The notes below the pieces were generated by a model that was not told the DNA's origin, did not search any database, and worked only from the letters and a program-made list of their open reading frames with translations. The position numbers and the translations under genes were made by a program. From NCBI GenBank assembly GCA_043228905.1, contig JBHGNT010000022.1, forward strand, positions 11,284,001-11,348,000: a stretch of 64,000 nucleotides of DNA, written 5' to 3'. Of the stretch, positions 22,339-36,415 are shown piece after piece (the first letter of the stretch is position 1; every line of letters starts with the position of its first letter). The DNA is from Azolla caroliniana (taxonomy: Eukaryota > Plantae > Polypodiophyta).

Positions 22339-22591
22339 CATAGTATGAACCATACGTACCATACGCGCATTCGCATTCGCGAATGATTGAACCATTTGTG
22401 CAAGAAAAACACCCTCAAAGAATGATAAATACCATATTTTTGGATTATCTATTTATTATGAGGTAAATAAGCCTAAAAAAATGGGGAAAAACAAAATAAA
22501 AACACAAGAATGTTTGAATAACATTCGCATTCTTTTTTCAACGTAGGAAAACGAATGTTATGCTAGACAAACACGAATTTTACGTACTATG
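22339..22591 (+). mobile_element. MITE (hAT-like, catagta...tactatg ends)
   Basis: Short TIR, possible (g/c)ttttgac TSD, and a related copy in opposite orientation at ~55724-55974. Confidence 0.55.
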
Positions 22592-23816
22592 GAACTTTTG
22601 ACTATGAAATTTGATCCTCAAAGTGGTAATGTAAACTTCTCATATGACATAGAGCGGTGGAGCAATTGTGGTCAAATGATTCAGACACATTGAGCAAAGG
22701 TAAAAGAATAGAGATAATTCCTTATATAGTAGCTTCCAAGACTAAGTATCATATTATGATAGTACATGATAGCCACCCTATTATTAAATGGTCAACGTTC
22801 CTTGTGGTTTTGTCACCTTGAATCATTCATGTTTGACCTCAGAGGACAATAATAAAACCCACGTTGAAATATCATATATTTGTCTACCATCTATGAAGGT
22901 ATTTGTGATTGTATTTGGATTCAAAAGTATCATATTTGGCCCCATTGTTTTCAATATTAACGTTGTGTGCATGTGCACTAATCATGGTTGGCAACTTGAC
23001 ATTCAATCCTCGATATTTGACATATTCAATAGTTTCACCTCAATCATGGCCTGATTGGCAACACAATGTGTCTCTCTCTCTGTGCCATAAGACAAGTCTA
23101 TCATGCAATATATTTTTGTGCTTCATGTCTTAACAGGTGATCATGCAACAAGCCTCTAGATGGACATTATCATCACCGCCACCAACAACTAACTTAGACT
23201 CTCTTTAGAACCATTATAAATCACGAACTTCTTGTCATATGGTTTGCCGACGCGTATGGAGGATCTTTATATTTTTTCTCTAAAATTTATGCTTCTCTCT
23301 CTCTCTTCACTCTTATAGTCTATATAGAATCACCGCCCTCTCCTATATTTCCTCCCCCCCAACCTTAATTCGCACATATGTAACCACTACCCTCTTGTCC
23401 TATGCTATATAGGTGGACCCATGAGTTGGTCTTTTGATATTTTTTAAACAACCAATTGCATATATTTTCTGTGTAGAGGATATATTGATCTCCCCCCTTC
23501 ATTTTCTTTTGATAAACATTGCCTTATGTCACTAAACAAGGTTCATCGACACTGTTGAGCTTGGCCTAATTTTGAGGATAAATAGAATAGCACTCTAATC
23601 AAATTTACAAACATTCTAGACTAAAGATTTTTGTGAATAACAAAACGGAAATCGAATAAAAAGAGCAGTGGTAAGGAAAATCTCTCTCGATCCCCCATCA
23701 TCCTTTGCCTTTTTCCTCCTCCCTTTATCTTGCTTTTGCTCTATCTAGAGATCTCTACACGAGACAAGTTCATCACGAGGTTTTCAAGTGCCATCTAAAT
23801 CCTAATTTGGAACAAA

Positions 23817-26800
23817 ATGCATCCTCCCGAGGCTGGCTCCCAAAGAGTTGGTGTGGGTGTGGGAAAAGGCCCTAGTGGCCTCCATGCCCTAAAGTGGCTA
23901 TTAGACAAAGAGACAACATTGGTAACAGGAGGAGGAGTGGAGCAAGGGGCAATGGTCGTGGTGCTTGTTCATATATACCCGATTGTTAGATGGATCCCTA
24001 CACCAAGTATAGTTACTCAGGCTCTCTACTTATCAATTTCTTTGTTTGTTTGGACATTGGCTTGGTGCCTTTCATTGGCACACCAAAAGTCATTGAATTT
24101 TGAGAACCGAAGCTACATGATTTCCCATGGATATTGACAATCTCTCTCTCTCTCTCTCTCTCTCATAAATTCATAATACCCAATTAGATGATTTTCCATG
24201 GATATTAACAATCTCTCTCTCATAATACCCAATTGCTTTTATCTTCCATGCCTTTGGATGTGTTATGCAAAGTTTAGGAAGCATCATCATCATCATCATC
24301 ATCATCATTGTCATGGCTCCCATTGAAGATGGTGATGTATTCTCTAAGCTTTTCTGTCATATGATGCTGATGCATTCCAAATGTTTTTGGGTTGTTAAAG
24401 AAGATCATGGGCGAGCCCTGTTCTTATGTTTGTGGTGGGTAAAGAAGATGGTGATGAAGATGATGATGTATTCTCTAAGCTTTTCTGTCATATGATGCTG
24501 TTGCATTCCATATGTTTTTGGGTTGTTAAAGAAGATCATGGGGGTGAGCCCTGTTCTTATGTTTGTAGTGGGAAGCAAGGTCCCTGCTTCACAAGTCAAG
24601 GACTCTATAGTGGAAAAATTCAAAGCAGACAACCTCAAGGAAGCTGAGAGGGTAATGGGTCCCTACACAAGTCTATGTCAAAAGAAACAGGTATATGTGT
24701 TTGATTCTTCATATGAGTCAATGCTTCTTGCTTTGTTTCTTGATCTCATAACATAAAGTCTATTGTTTTGATAGTCCATCTGAGTTATGCCTTTTCTCTT
24801 TGTTTCTTGATTCATAACATACAGTTTATTGTCACAATGTTTGATGGGTCAATGGGTCTGATCCATAACATAATATCTATTCTCATGTAGGGAAAACCTA
24901 TTTTTGATTATGATTATAGATGATTGATGATTGAGTAATGCTTGTTGGTTTTAATCGAGAACAGGTCAAGGCAGAGGTGTGTTTGATAGCAGGTGACTTG
25001 ATTCAGAAAGAGCTTGTGGATCAAATATTCAAACTTGGACTCACTAAACTTGTGCTAGGAACATCATCAAGCAATCCTTTTTCAAGGCACTTAGCACTCA
25101 ATAGTTTGCATTGAAAAATGTTGCATTCTATGTTTTTTTATCTGATTATTATTATTATTAGGGCTTTGAAAGGAGAGAGTATTCCGAAATTTGTGGCGAG
25201 AAAAGCCCCTGATTTCTGCACTGTCATGGTTATATGCAAAGGAAAACTATGCTCAGTGAAGGATGCAACGGAATCCCTAACTTCACAGAGCTCGAGATCA
25301 AGCGATACGGGTAGCATACCTGATGATTCCAGGAGTGAAGGTTTACAAACAGAAAGGATAATTTCTTTTTCTTACTATACAAATTACTTTTTTCCGTGAA
25401 AAATTAGTCAATCATGGTATTAAGATATAACAGAAAGCATTTTGGGATTCATAGATGGCTCCATTAGCCAATATGGAATTACTGGTCCTGGCTCGAGTTC
25501 AGGCTTGATTGCATACTCTCCTACAGAGAGGGATCCTGAAGGCATGATGGCACGCCAATATTCAGTTCAATCTGACATTTATGAACTCCATTCTGAATCT
25601 GAGACACCAATGCATTGGTTTCGGAATAGTGTTAGTATGGACGTGTCAAAATTTGAAGCCCGAGGATTGGAACAAAGAAATCCAATTGTGATTCCTTCGA
25701 GTGAACATGAACGTGAACAACCGCTGATGTTGATGCCTGAAACATTAGGTATTCATCCAGAAAGTGATCCAGTATATTATCCAGAGATCAATGTGGTATA
25801 TCTTCCTAGAAGTACAGGTGACATAGAGACTGACACTCGAGGGTTACCCAATCATGAGTCTACACAAAATCCGAGCATTGAAGATGTTCACATTGAGGTA
25901 AGGAAAGGAACCTTTTGTAAAGAAAAAGGAATACAAAGAATCTAGAGATGCATGATTAATTTACTTTGATTAGGTTTCAAAGTTATTCATAATTTTTATG
26001 ATTGTAGGTGGTTGATTATGAATTCTTTTACAGATGTGAAGAATGATTAGTTTTTAAGAAACTTCCATATATGTTCCAGGATGTACAGCTACCTTCATCA
26101 ACTGATTTGCTCCACAGTCAGCTCGCTGAGGCTAGACATCGAGTTGAGATTGAAGCAGCACAACGGGCAAAAAGCTTAACTGATGCGGAGAAAATAATTG
26201 AAAATGCAAAGCAAATGGTACACACTTGGGTTTTGTTGAAAATGCTGTCAATCTGAGTTTTAGCCTTTTTCTGTTTTTCTTTGCGTTTACAAAAAGAATG
26301 AATCATATGCTCTGTTCTTGCAGATTATGGAGGCTAACAAGAGACGAGACGAGGCTTTAAAGGTAGCTGAGCTTGTAAAACGTCAATCCATGGATGATGC
26401 GAGAAGACATGAAGCAGCTATGGCTGAACTCAAGAAAATAGCTTTGAAAGAGCAAGAAGCATTACGGCAAAATATGGAGGAAGAAACTCAGCATGCTCTT
26501 CATGAATTAACATCCAGAGTTGATGAGTACAAAAGAAAGCTCGCAGAGGAGCATGTGAGATGTGAAGAAGCCCTTGGAAAACTTGAGGATGTTAGAAGAG
26601 AATTGGAAAGAGAATCACAGCTAAGGAAGGAAGCTGAAGAAAGAGCTTTAATAGAGTCTGTTGCAAAAAACAATGCCATCACGGCATTGGGGAAGCTACA
26701 GAGGAATTTGAGAATGCTACAGAAGAAGTATACAATTTACACTTTTGAGGACCTAGAGAAAGCAACCAATAACTTTGACGCCAATAACAAGCTAGGGGAA

Positions 26801-26974
26801 GGAGGACATGGACCTGTCTTCAAAGGAATGTTGCATCACACAACAGTTGCTATCAAGGTTCTGGCTCAGGACGAAGTAGATAGGCGTGAAGAGTTCCAGA
26901 GAGAGGTGAACATTGTGTATTTTCTACTCTTTTTCTATGTCGAATTTCACCAATGTCGATCACGATATACATAA

Positions 26975-27005
<31 letters not shown>

Positions 27006-28254
27006 ACCATGTTCTTTGCTCAATATTAGGTGGAGCTTCTGAGCCACATTCATCATCCACACATGGTGATGCTACTTGGAGCTTGCCATGAAAAACGTTG
27101 CATTGTGTTTGAGTATATGGCTAACGGAAGCCTTGCCGACCGTCTCATATGCAAAGGTGGAAGCCCCCCTCTTCCCTGGTATATGAGATTCAGGATCTGC
27201 TTCGAAGTTGCAACCGCATTATTGTTTCTCCACTCTCACTCGGAACCCATCATCCATCATGACCTTAAACCTGGCAATATCTTACTTGATCATAACTATG
27301 TGAGCAAGATCAGCGATGTTGGCATAGCTAAACTAGTTCCCAACAATCTCACGTTTGACATAACCATGTACAAGGAGACCGCGCTCATGGGTACAATGGC
27401 GTACATGGATCCTGACTATCAACGCACAGGTGTGATCAGCTGCGAATCTGATGTATACTCACTTGGCATTGTCATGCTTCAGATTTTGACAGGCCAACCA
27501 CCAGTTGGAGTCATCGATCTTGTCGAAGATGCGATTGATAATCACAAACTTGAGGATGTTATTGACAAGTCAGCTGGGGATTGGCCTCTTGATAAAGCTA
27601 TAGAGCTTGCTTCTTTGGCACTGGACTGTGCCGAACCTAGAAGAAAACACCGTGCGAAACTAGAAAGTAAAGTTCTTCCCATCCTCGAGAAGCTTCGAGC
27701 CTATGCTGATGGAGAAGTGACTGCTATGAAACTTTATCACGATACTGAACCTGTTATTCCAAGTTTTTTCTACTGTCCGATATCCCAGGTTTCATTTTAC
27801 TATTCCGTTGTTCATTTCCTCTTTTTTTGTCATAGTGAGCGTTATATGGAGTATGCACACTAATACAATAAAGAGAAGAACAAGATCACATGATCATTAT
27901 ATGTAGGACAAATATGTGGGCATTTGTGCTGAAAAGAAATGGAATGTTCCTGAATGTGATGGATTACAAGAGTGCATGGATTCTCACTTGCTGCATTGGA
28001 TGGGATATTCCCTTTTGTAATCCTGTGATGATGGAATCTTGTGACTTTTGCTACAGGAAATCATGCAAGATCCATACATTGCCGCTGATGGATACACATA
28101 TGACCGCCTTATCATTGAACAATGGCTTCGAGGCCATGACACTTCACCTATGACCAATCTTAAGCTCGATCACAAAAATGTCATTCCTAACTACTCAGTC
28201 CGGTCAGCCATCCAAGAATGGAATGATAAAACGATGGCTCCAAAGTCAAGATAA
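23817..28254 (+). CDS. U-box domain protein kinase (USP-like N-terminus, coiled coil, kinase, C-terminal U-box; PUB33/35/52 class)
   Basis: ALKWLLD..LVHI..IPTP, LVLGTSS, APDFCTVMVICKGKL, GEGGHGPVFKG, HHDLKPGN, SDVGIA, YMDPDYQRTG, FYCPISQ|EIMQDPYIAADGYTY..TSPMTNL..IPN. Exons approx 23817-24006, 24569-24690, 24965-25086, 25162-25340, 25455-25897, 26080-26217, 26324-26905, 27030-27787, 28057-28254. Confidence 0.9.
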
Positions 28255-29788
28255 GAATTCCCTTGGAATCGCAAACTTGGCATGAATGTTTACTCAAGTG
28301 TTTGTGTATATATATGTATAGGGTTTCATTCCATTGATTCTTTACGAAGTTTCTTTCCATCCATTTTCTGATCCAGAGCATTTTGTATCTTCTATCTGAT
28401 AACTTTTGCTAACCATCCATTATATTCTTTTTGAATCCCTGGATAAACAAATTGCTTTTATACCTAAGCAGGCCATATCAATGGAATTACCTTCGTGTAA
28501 CATACATTTCTGATAATCAACTGAATAACTTACCCTCATTTGACATTTGGCAAAAGAATACAATTTATCTGATTAGATCTAGCTTTAGCTTTAGTTCTGG
28601 TATTAGTGATTCTCCAACGCAAAATTGTCTATATTCATTGTTCAACCATCTATTTCTTTCTTCATACCATCGTGAATGGTAATTCAATGCAAAGCCAAAG
28701 AAAGAGGATATCCAAACAGTGAGTGATGTACAAAATTTTAGACAGTACAAAATTTTGTTATGAGAGATGCTTCCAAGGTCAATTGAATGCCAAATGAACA
28801 TTGCAAGGTTGATGATGGTAATGATGACCTGCAAGAATGATGACACCAAGGGGTGCATCACATGAAGAATGAAAGCACTGAACTTGCAATGTTGAGCCTT
28901 TTCCGAGTGTTGGCTGGTGGGACAAGGTGTGAAAAGAGACAGAAGGAGCCAAGCACAAACAGTCAAATAAAGGAGCTGAATATTGACGAACGCTTGTAAC
29001 GTGCTAAACATGGAGGCCTATATAATACTAAGTGATCGGGAGAGGAGGGGGATCGGGCAAGGAGTGTAAGAGAGTGAGTGAGTGCTATACCAACAGTTGA
29101 TCAGTCCTTGTATCTGTATGTATTTATAATCTAGTATTATTGTGGGATTAAAATCTGTGTTGTGTCAATTAGTAAGTACTATAAAGTGTATCGTTCTTTT
29201 CTTCCTATCTTTGCGTAATCGGCTACCTGGAATCGGTTGTAGCCGATTCGGTAGAATACCTTTCCGGTATCTCATTCGAGTCTAGAACACTCGGTATGCG
29301 ATCCAAGTGTATTCCGGAACAGACGATCTGCACAAGACGCCTCGAGTAACGTCAGAGTGAAGTTACCCTTCTTCATCTTGGACTAAGTATGGGTTCGGCA
29401 GGATACTCCCAAAACCTACCCCTCATTCCTACCACAGTACCTTGATTCGATTACTCAAGAAGAGTAATCGACTCTGTGTTCCTCCAGGAGGGAGTAACAC
29501 AATTTGGCATGCCCGGTTCGAGCTGTGAGTACACAACGAACATGCGAAGGAGAGAGACCCAGTCACCATTATGGCGCGCCCCAGGGGAATACGCCCTCAG
29601 ATAGTGTCCCGACGTGCAGAACAAGAAGAAAATGTGACCGAATCCGCCCTCACTAAGCAGCCTCTCCTGGAATCGGAAGCACAGTTAGCAGCGCTCCCCG
29701 ATCCAATATTGACCAACGACAGTAGCTCCGAGGTCGATCACCCCGATGACAACAACCCACCTCGGGGGGTACCAGAGGATTCAGAAAT

Positions 29789-29842
29789 TGAAGGCAGCAC
29801 GAGGATTAGGGTTTAGGTCAAAAACAGAGAGGGAGAGAGTCT

Positions 29843-29884
<42 letters not shown>

Positions 29885-32800
29885 CGTTGTCTTGGGTACA
29901 AAGAGTGTACCTCTTTTTTGGTTTTTAGATATTATGTATATACAAGTCAAAAGTGTGCTACGAGTGCGTTCACACTCGTGCACTAATAAAAGGCACGATG
30001 GCCCTTTTTTTTTTCCAAAATGAAGCTACTTTCCCATTAGTTAGGTAAGGCACGATGGCCCTTTATTCCCAACAACCTCCCACCTAAAGGCAATGTGCCA
30101 TGAGAGTAAGAAAAAAGAAAGTCAGCTAAGTCCAAGTATGTACAAAGCTGAACTACATACATCTATCCAACTCCCATCATCTGTCGGCAATGGGCAAATC
30201 GCTCAGCTGGAAGACCCTTCGTGAGAAGATCTGCAGGATTATTATTTGTATGTACTTTGACAAGCTCAATGTTCTTGTTGTCAAGTACATCTCTGATGAA
30301 GTGATACTTCACCTCTATGTGCTTCGTCTTTGCATGAAAGACGGGATTCCGAGCTAGCATGATAGCACTCTGGCTGTCAGAATGAAGAATAGGTAACTCT
30401 GTAATGCCAAGATCTCTCACTAGATATGAAAGCCATAAAGCCTCTTTGCATGCCTGAGTGGCAGCAACATACTCTGCCTCTGTAGTAGACAATGCAACAC
30501 ACTTTTGTAGTCTGGAGATGCAAGAGACTGCGCCTCCTGTGAAAGTAAACACATACCCAGAAGTAGACTTCTTGCAGTCTGCGTGACCAGGATAGTCCGC
30601 ATCCGTAAAACCAACGACAGATGCCTTTTGCTTTCCAAAGCAAATGCCCAAGTCCTTTGTGCCTTTGAGGTATCTTATAATACCTTTCACCGCTTCCCAA
30701 TGCTTTTTGCCGGGATTTGCCATTTACCTACTAACCACTCCCACTGCAAAGGCAATATCAGGGCGTGTAGCAACCATCGCATATATCAAACTGCCAATGG
30801 CAAAAGCATACGGAACCTTAGCCATTTCAGCCTTCTCAGCATCAGATGTAGGGCTGTCTTCTGCACTGAGTTTTAAATATGGAGGCAATGGAACCCCAAT
30901 TGTTTCCCCCCCCTCCATATTGAAACGCTGCAAAACCTTAGAGGTATACTCTTGTTAAGATAGAAAGAGTACCCCTTTCGATCGGTTTCGGAGCATTCAC
31001 ATGCCAAGGATGTGATTTGCATCACCAAGATCCTTCATATCAAAGCTGCCATGAAGGCTTTGCTTCAATGAATCCAAGGCATGAATATCCTTGCCAGCAA
31101 TCAACATATCATCAACATACAAAACCAAGATAATCAGGCTGCCATCTCCTGCCTTCTTGGTGTACAAGCATTGGTCTACTTGACTTCTACAAAAACCTTG
31201 AGACTGCATAAATGCATCAAATTTATGATACCATTCTCTTGGTGCTTGTTTCAACCCATACAAACTCCTTTTGAGCTTACAAACCATCTTCTCTTTGCCT
31301 TTAGCCACAAAAGGCTGCTGCATATATATGTCTTCATGCAGATCGCCATGTAAAAAGGCGGTCTTCACATCCATTTGTATGAGGTCCATATCTTCAGCTG
31401 CAACTAAGCCCAAAATGATTGTTAATGTAGTCATCTTGACTACAGGCGAGAAGATCTCATCAAAATCAACTCCATATTCCTGCTTGTATCCTTTTGCAAC
31501 CAATCTTGCTTTGTACTTTGGCGAGGAATCAGAAATGACCTTCATTTTATAAACCCATTTGCATGGAAGTGTTTTCTGCCCTTTAGGCAATTGCACCAAA
31601 TCCCAAGTGTCATTTTTCTCAAGAGATTCCATCTCTGACAACATGGCTTTATACCATTTCTTATTGTCCTGTCTGTCCATTGCTTCCTTGAAGCAAGTCG
31701 GTTTGCCACAATCAGTTACCATGACATAATCAGCCACACTGTTTGCATCAGGAACACATCTGTCAGGCTGTCTAGTAACTCTAGACGATCTCCTAACCCA
31801 ATGCTCATTGTTTGGTAGTTGTTGAGCTTGCAAATCATCATTTTCAATTTGCAGTCCAGGCATTTCAGCCTGCAAATCAGCATTCACAGCTTGTTGTTCT
31901 AGCTGTTCCTGCACATTTGGTGGCTCATCATTATTGGCAAAGGTTGGCTGATTATTTCCAACCTCATTTTCTGCATTTGCAAGTAATTTTACAGCAGGTG
32001 TTTGCTGCTGTACAACGGGCACATTTTCTTGTCTAAAAGGTATTTCTTCTCGGAATACAACCCTACGTACTTCCTCAGTCTTTTCAGGTTGTTTATGCAT
32101 GCGATTTTCCCGGAAGATAACATCATTGCTGTGTACTATTTTTCTTTTCTCGGGATCCCACAATCTATACCCCATTTCACCCTCATCACCGTATCCTAGG
32201 AAAATACATTTGCAGGACTTTGACTCAAGTTTGTTGCGTTCTTCTTTACGAATGTGCACAAAAGCCTCACAGCCAAACACTCTCAAGTGAGCATATGAAG
32301 GTGGCTTGCCCGACCACGCTTCTTGGGGTATTCCCCCTCCCAAAGACCTGTTAGGTGATCGATAATCAAGTGAACAGCTGTCATAACAGCCTCTACCCAA
32401 AAACAATGGGGTAACGCAACATGAGACAGCATAGTACGGACCTTATCTTGAATAGTCTGATTCATACGCTCTGCAACTCCATTTTGGGGTGGATTATAAG
32501 GGGCAGTGAGTTCCCTCTTTATCCCTTTGCTGTCACAAAATGCTTGAAAAGCCTTGGACACATATTCCCCACCATTGTCAGAGCGAAGACACTTAAGTGT
32601 CTTATTAATTTGATTCTTAACTAATGCCAAAAATGTTCGAAACTTGTCGAGCACTTCATCCTTGCTACAAATAGGGTAAACCCATACCTTTCGTGTAGCA
32701 TCATCGACAAAAGTGACTGAGTATTTCTTTCCCCCTAATGATAGCCCTGGCATCTAACATACATCTGAATGTACTAACTCAAGCGGGGACGACTTCAGCG

Positions 32801-34851
32801 AAAGAGACTTTTTATGAGATGTTTGTACATGTTTACCATAAATGCAATGATCACAATGTTCAAAATCAGCATAACGAAGACATGGCAAGTAACCCAAACG
32901 AGAAAGTACTTTCATACCAGTTTCACTCATGTGTCCCAACCGGCCATGCCACAAAGAAACACTAGGTTGCTTGGTTATGGAAACAACATGGTCACTCACA
33001 CTAGATACATGGAGAGGATACAAAGTATCACTTTTACTACCCTTGGCAATAACTCTAGATCCCTTACAAATCTTCCATTTCCCATCACCAAAGGTTGTGT
33101 GAAATCCATCATCATCTAGCTGTCCTGTGCTAATCAAGCTCTTCTTGAGCAGAGGTACATGCCATACATGCTGAAGTGTGAAAGCAAAACCATGCTGAAA
33201 CTGTAATTGCACAGTGCCAATACCTGCAATTTCACATGCATAGTTGTCCCCAAGATGGACAACACCATGTCGACCCCCTGTGTAATCTGAAAACCACTTA
33301 CAATGAGGAGTGACGTGAAAAGAAGCACCGGAATCAAGTATCCAAGTGTGCATGTCACCATCCGTATCTGCAAGTAAAGCATGTTCTCTATGGCATGATG
33401 AAACAAAGAGTACATCATTTCCTCTATCACTATCATGAATGACTACATTCACCTCTTCAATTTTAGTATTGCCTTTCCTTGGTTGAATGTCTCTCTTTTC
33501 TTCAATGAAATCATCTATCTGCTTGCCCTTTCCTTTCTCTTTCTTCCATTTGAAACAATCACGTTTAAAGTGACACTTTTTGCCACAGTGATGGCATTCT
33601 ACATCTTTACCACGTGATTTACTACGGCCATAACTATCAGATTTGCCTCTTTGTTGTGACCTACCCCTCATATGCAACGCACTAGAGGACTTATTGGATG
33701 CATTATTTTGCCGACTCATCTCTTCCATGAGTAGAGAACTCTCTACATTGGCATAAAGAAGCATCGCATTTGAATTGCTCATAGCAGTCCTGAAAGTATC
33801 CCAACTTTCTGGCAAGGTGCAAAGTAAAAATGTGGCCTTAAACTCATCATCAATGATGAATTTCAAGGCAACCACCTGGCTGAAAATGGAATTGAACTGA
33901 CTCAGGTGAGTTGACATGGGTGTGCCCTTTGTCATACGCAAATCCTAAGTTTCTTAAGCCAATAAACTTTGCTAGCTGCCATCTTTTGGGCATACAGTTC
34001 CTCTAGTCTAATCCATATAGAATAGGCGGAGTCCAAACCTTCGATATTAAAAAGCAAGGCATCAGAAATCGACAACTCAATAGTTGATTGTGTAAGCTCG
34101 TTCAACTCTTGCCAATCATCTTCGTCCATATCTGTAGCCTTTACCCCTTTGACTTTAATAGGCTTTGCATGCTTCTTTTGTACCAGGATGTTGTAGCATT
34201 GCTTTTTCCAAACCACAAAGTTATGTGCACCCTCAAGCTTCTTGACGTGCATAAGGTGGCTACTATCACTACTGCTAGTCATGGTTTCTTAGCCCAAACG
34301 GAGGACCAAACCTGGTCTGAAGAAAACGTGACCTGCTCTGTAGAAACCCTACACTTTGCTCTGCAGAAAACCCTAATCTCTGCTCTGGAGAAAACCTTAA
34401 ACTCTGCTATGCAGAAAACCTTAAACTTTGCTCTGCAGAAAACCTTAAACTCTGCTCTGCAGAAAACCTTAAACTCTGCTTGCAGAAAACCCTAAACTCT
34501 GCTTGCAGAAAACCCTAAACTCTGCTTGCAGAAAACTCTAAACTCTGCTTTGCAAAAAACTCTAAACTCTGCTCTGCAGAAAACCCTAAACTTTTCTCTG
34601 CATAAAACCCTAAACCCTAAACCCTGCTCTAATACCAGTTTGAAGGCAGCACGAGGATTAGGGTTTAGGTAAAAAACAGAGAGGGAGAGAGTCTGAGTGA
34701 GAGAGAGAGAGAGATGCACGCTGTCTTGGGTACAAAGAGTGTACCTCTTTTTTGGTTTTTAGATATTATGTATATACAAGTCAAAAGTGTGCTACGAGTT
34801 TGTTCACACTCGTGCACTAATAAAAGACACGCTGGCCCTTTATTCCCAATA
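29789..34851 (-). mobile_element. Ty1/Copia LTR retrotransposon, full structure, frameshifted
   Basis: LTRs at 34641-34851 and 29789-30074, TSD gaaat, iMet PBS at 34626-34637, PPT at 30075-30085. Contains gag (degenerate zinc knuckle CHHCGKKCHFKRDC), protease WILDSGAS, integrase LRSDNGGEY/QNGVAER, RT YVDDML and RNase H KHIEVKYHF. Confidence 0.95.
34340..34625. repeat. ~22-24-bp tandem repeat in the Copia 5' leader, ending in telomere-like (AAACCCT)n
   Basis: About 11 units of gcagaaaaccctaaactctgctct, followed by aaaccctaaaccctaaaccct. Confidence 0.9.
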
Positions 34852-36415
34852 GAAATAGACACAATGCCTTACCCATATATGAGATACAATGACGAAGCCG
34901 ACACAGAGGCACATGTCCGCGCTTTCCTCACAATGTGGCAAGCTAACCACGTGTCATAACGCTTGGCCGCAACTGATACGGAGACATCGAAAATCACAGA
35001 GTTTGGCTTATCACTCGAAGGACAAGCAACAAATTGGTACTCCCAACACAACTTGGGAGAGTTTCCATCATTTCAAGAGTTGCGGAACATATTTATTCGG
35101 CTCTTCCATAGGCAGATCCCCAAATGAGAACTCATGAGCCAGTTCTATGCCATGTTGCAGGAACCTGAAGAATCGGTTCCACAATTTATCATTCGGTTTC
35201 AGAACTTACGAGGACAGCTGGCTTGGCAAATCCCGGCAGACAAACTAAAGGAGACATTTCTCGCGACCCTCTGGGAGCCCCTCCGAACGACATTGGCACT
35301 GCTCAACTTTTCTCAACACTGGATCGAGCAGGTCATCAATCGCATCTTAACCATGGTCATCGTCTAAACTAGCAATAAACACCGGGACATTTGAAATAGG
35401 TAATATGTCAAATTTCTCTTTTTTTTACTTCCAGGGAGATGTTAAAAAATGGCTCATTTTAGCAGAATTTCACGAGGGGATTAAAATCTGTGTTGGTGTC
35501 AAACATTAAGTACTATAAAGTGTATCGTTCTTTTCGTCCTATCTCTGCATAATCGGGTACCTGGAATCTCAGACTAAGTATGGGTTTGGCAGGATACCCC
35601 CGAAACCTACCCCTCCTTCCTACCGCAGTTACCTTGATTCAGTTACTCAGGAGTAATCGACCGTGTGTTCCTCCAAGAGGGAGTAACACTGAGAACTGTC
35701 ATCATGAGCACCTGAATGGGCTCAAGTGTACAAGAATATCGAGGACAAGAACTTGGATAAGGATTACAATTGTTGAAATAGGATTCCAGAAACTTTTGAG
35801 TACAAGAGCAAAATAACAAGAATTGACACTTTGAATACCTCAATGCAACACATGTTAGGAATCAAATTAAGAATGCATGAAATGACTTGATTGCTAGATA
35901 TGGTTGGAGAGAGATGGCCTTGGAGGATTTCCATAACTTACCATATTATTAGTGCCGGAGCAATACCCAAGTCTTGGTTAGTTGTGTTTCTTGTTGATCC
36001 GACAATGATCGTTAAAGCACTCAGACTCTTAATGCTAAGTAAGCATGTTGTTTACCAATCACAAGAAATATGACCAATGGTGGGCAATTATGTCCATTTG
36101 TACAACCAACAATATGGTCAATGGGCAATTTGTCTTCCCAAAAATCTGATACAACAATTGAACACTGAAGGAAAACTGAGATGTCTCACCAGATTTAGCT
36201 GCAGTTTCAAATGTGGTGATTTGTTTTCTGTTAAATATATCTTTGTCAATTACAAATGCACGAATAATTGTTCACAGCATTGCTACATTCAATTAGCAGA
36301 TATGTTACAATATCAAAGAAGCTCGAAACCACGAACACAACCTTTAAATATAGTTTTTTTACAAGAGGATTTTTAACACTTAAATGACCAGTACTGGTGA
36401 GAGTAAATGGTCTAA

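Larger units (their letters stand above)
28724..35688 (+). mobile_element. Gypsy-like gag-only (non-autonomous) LTR element, split by a Copia insertion
   Basis: LTR homology between 29144-29499 and 35477-35688; PBS-like tggcatgcccgg near 29505. The gag frame starting at 29571 resumes after 34856 (FGLSLEGQATNWY..Q...ESV..F..RF). The left boundary is tentative (gtgag/ctgag TSD-like). Confidence 0.65.
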
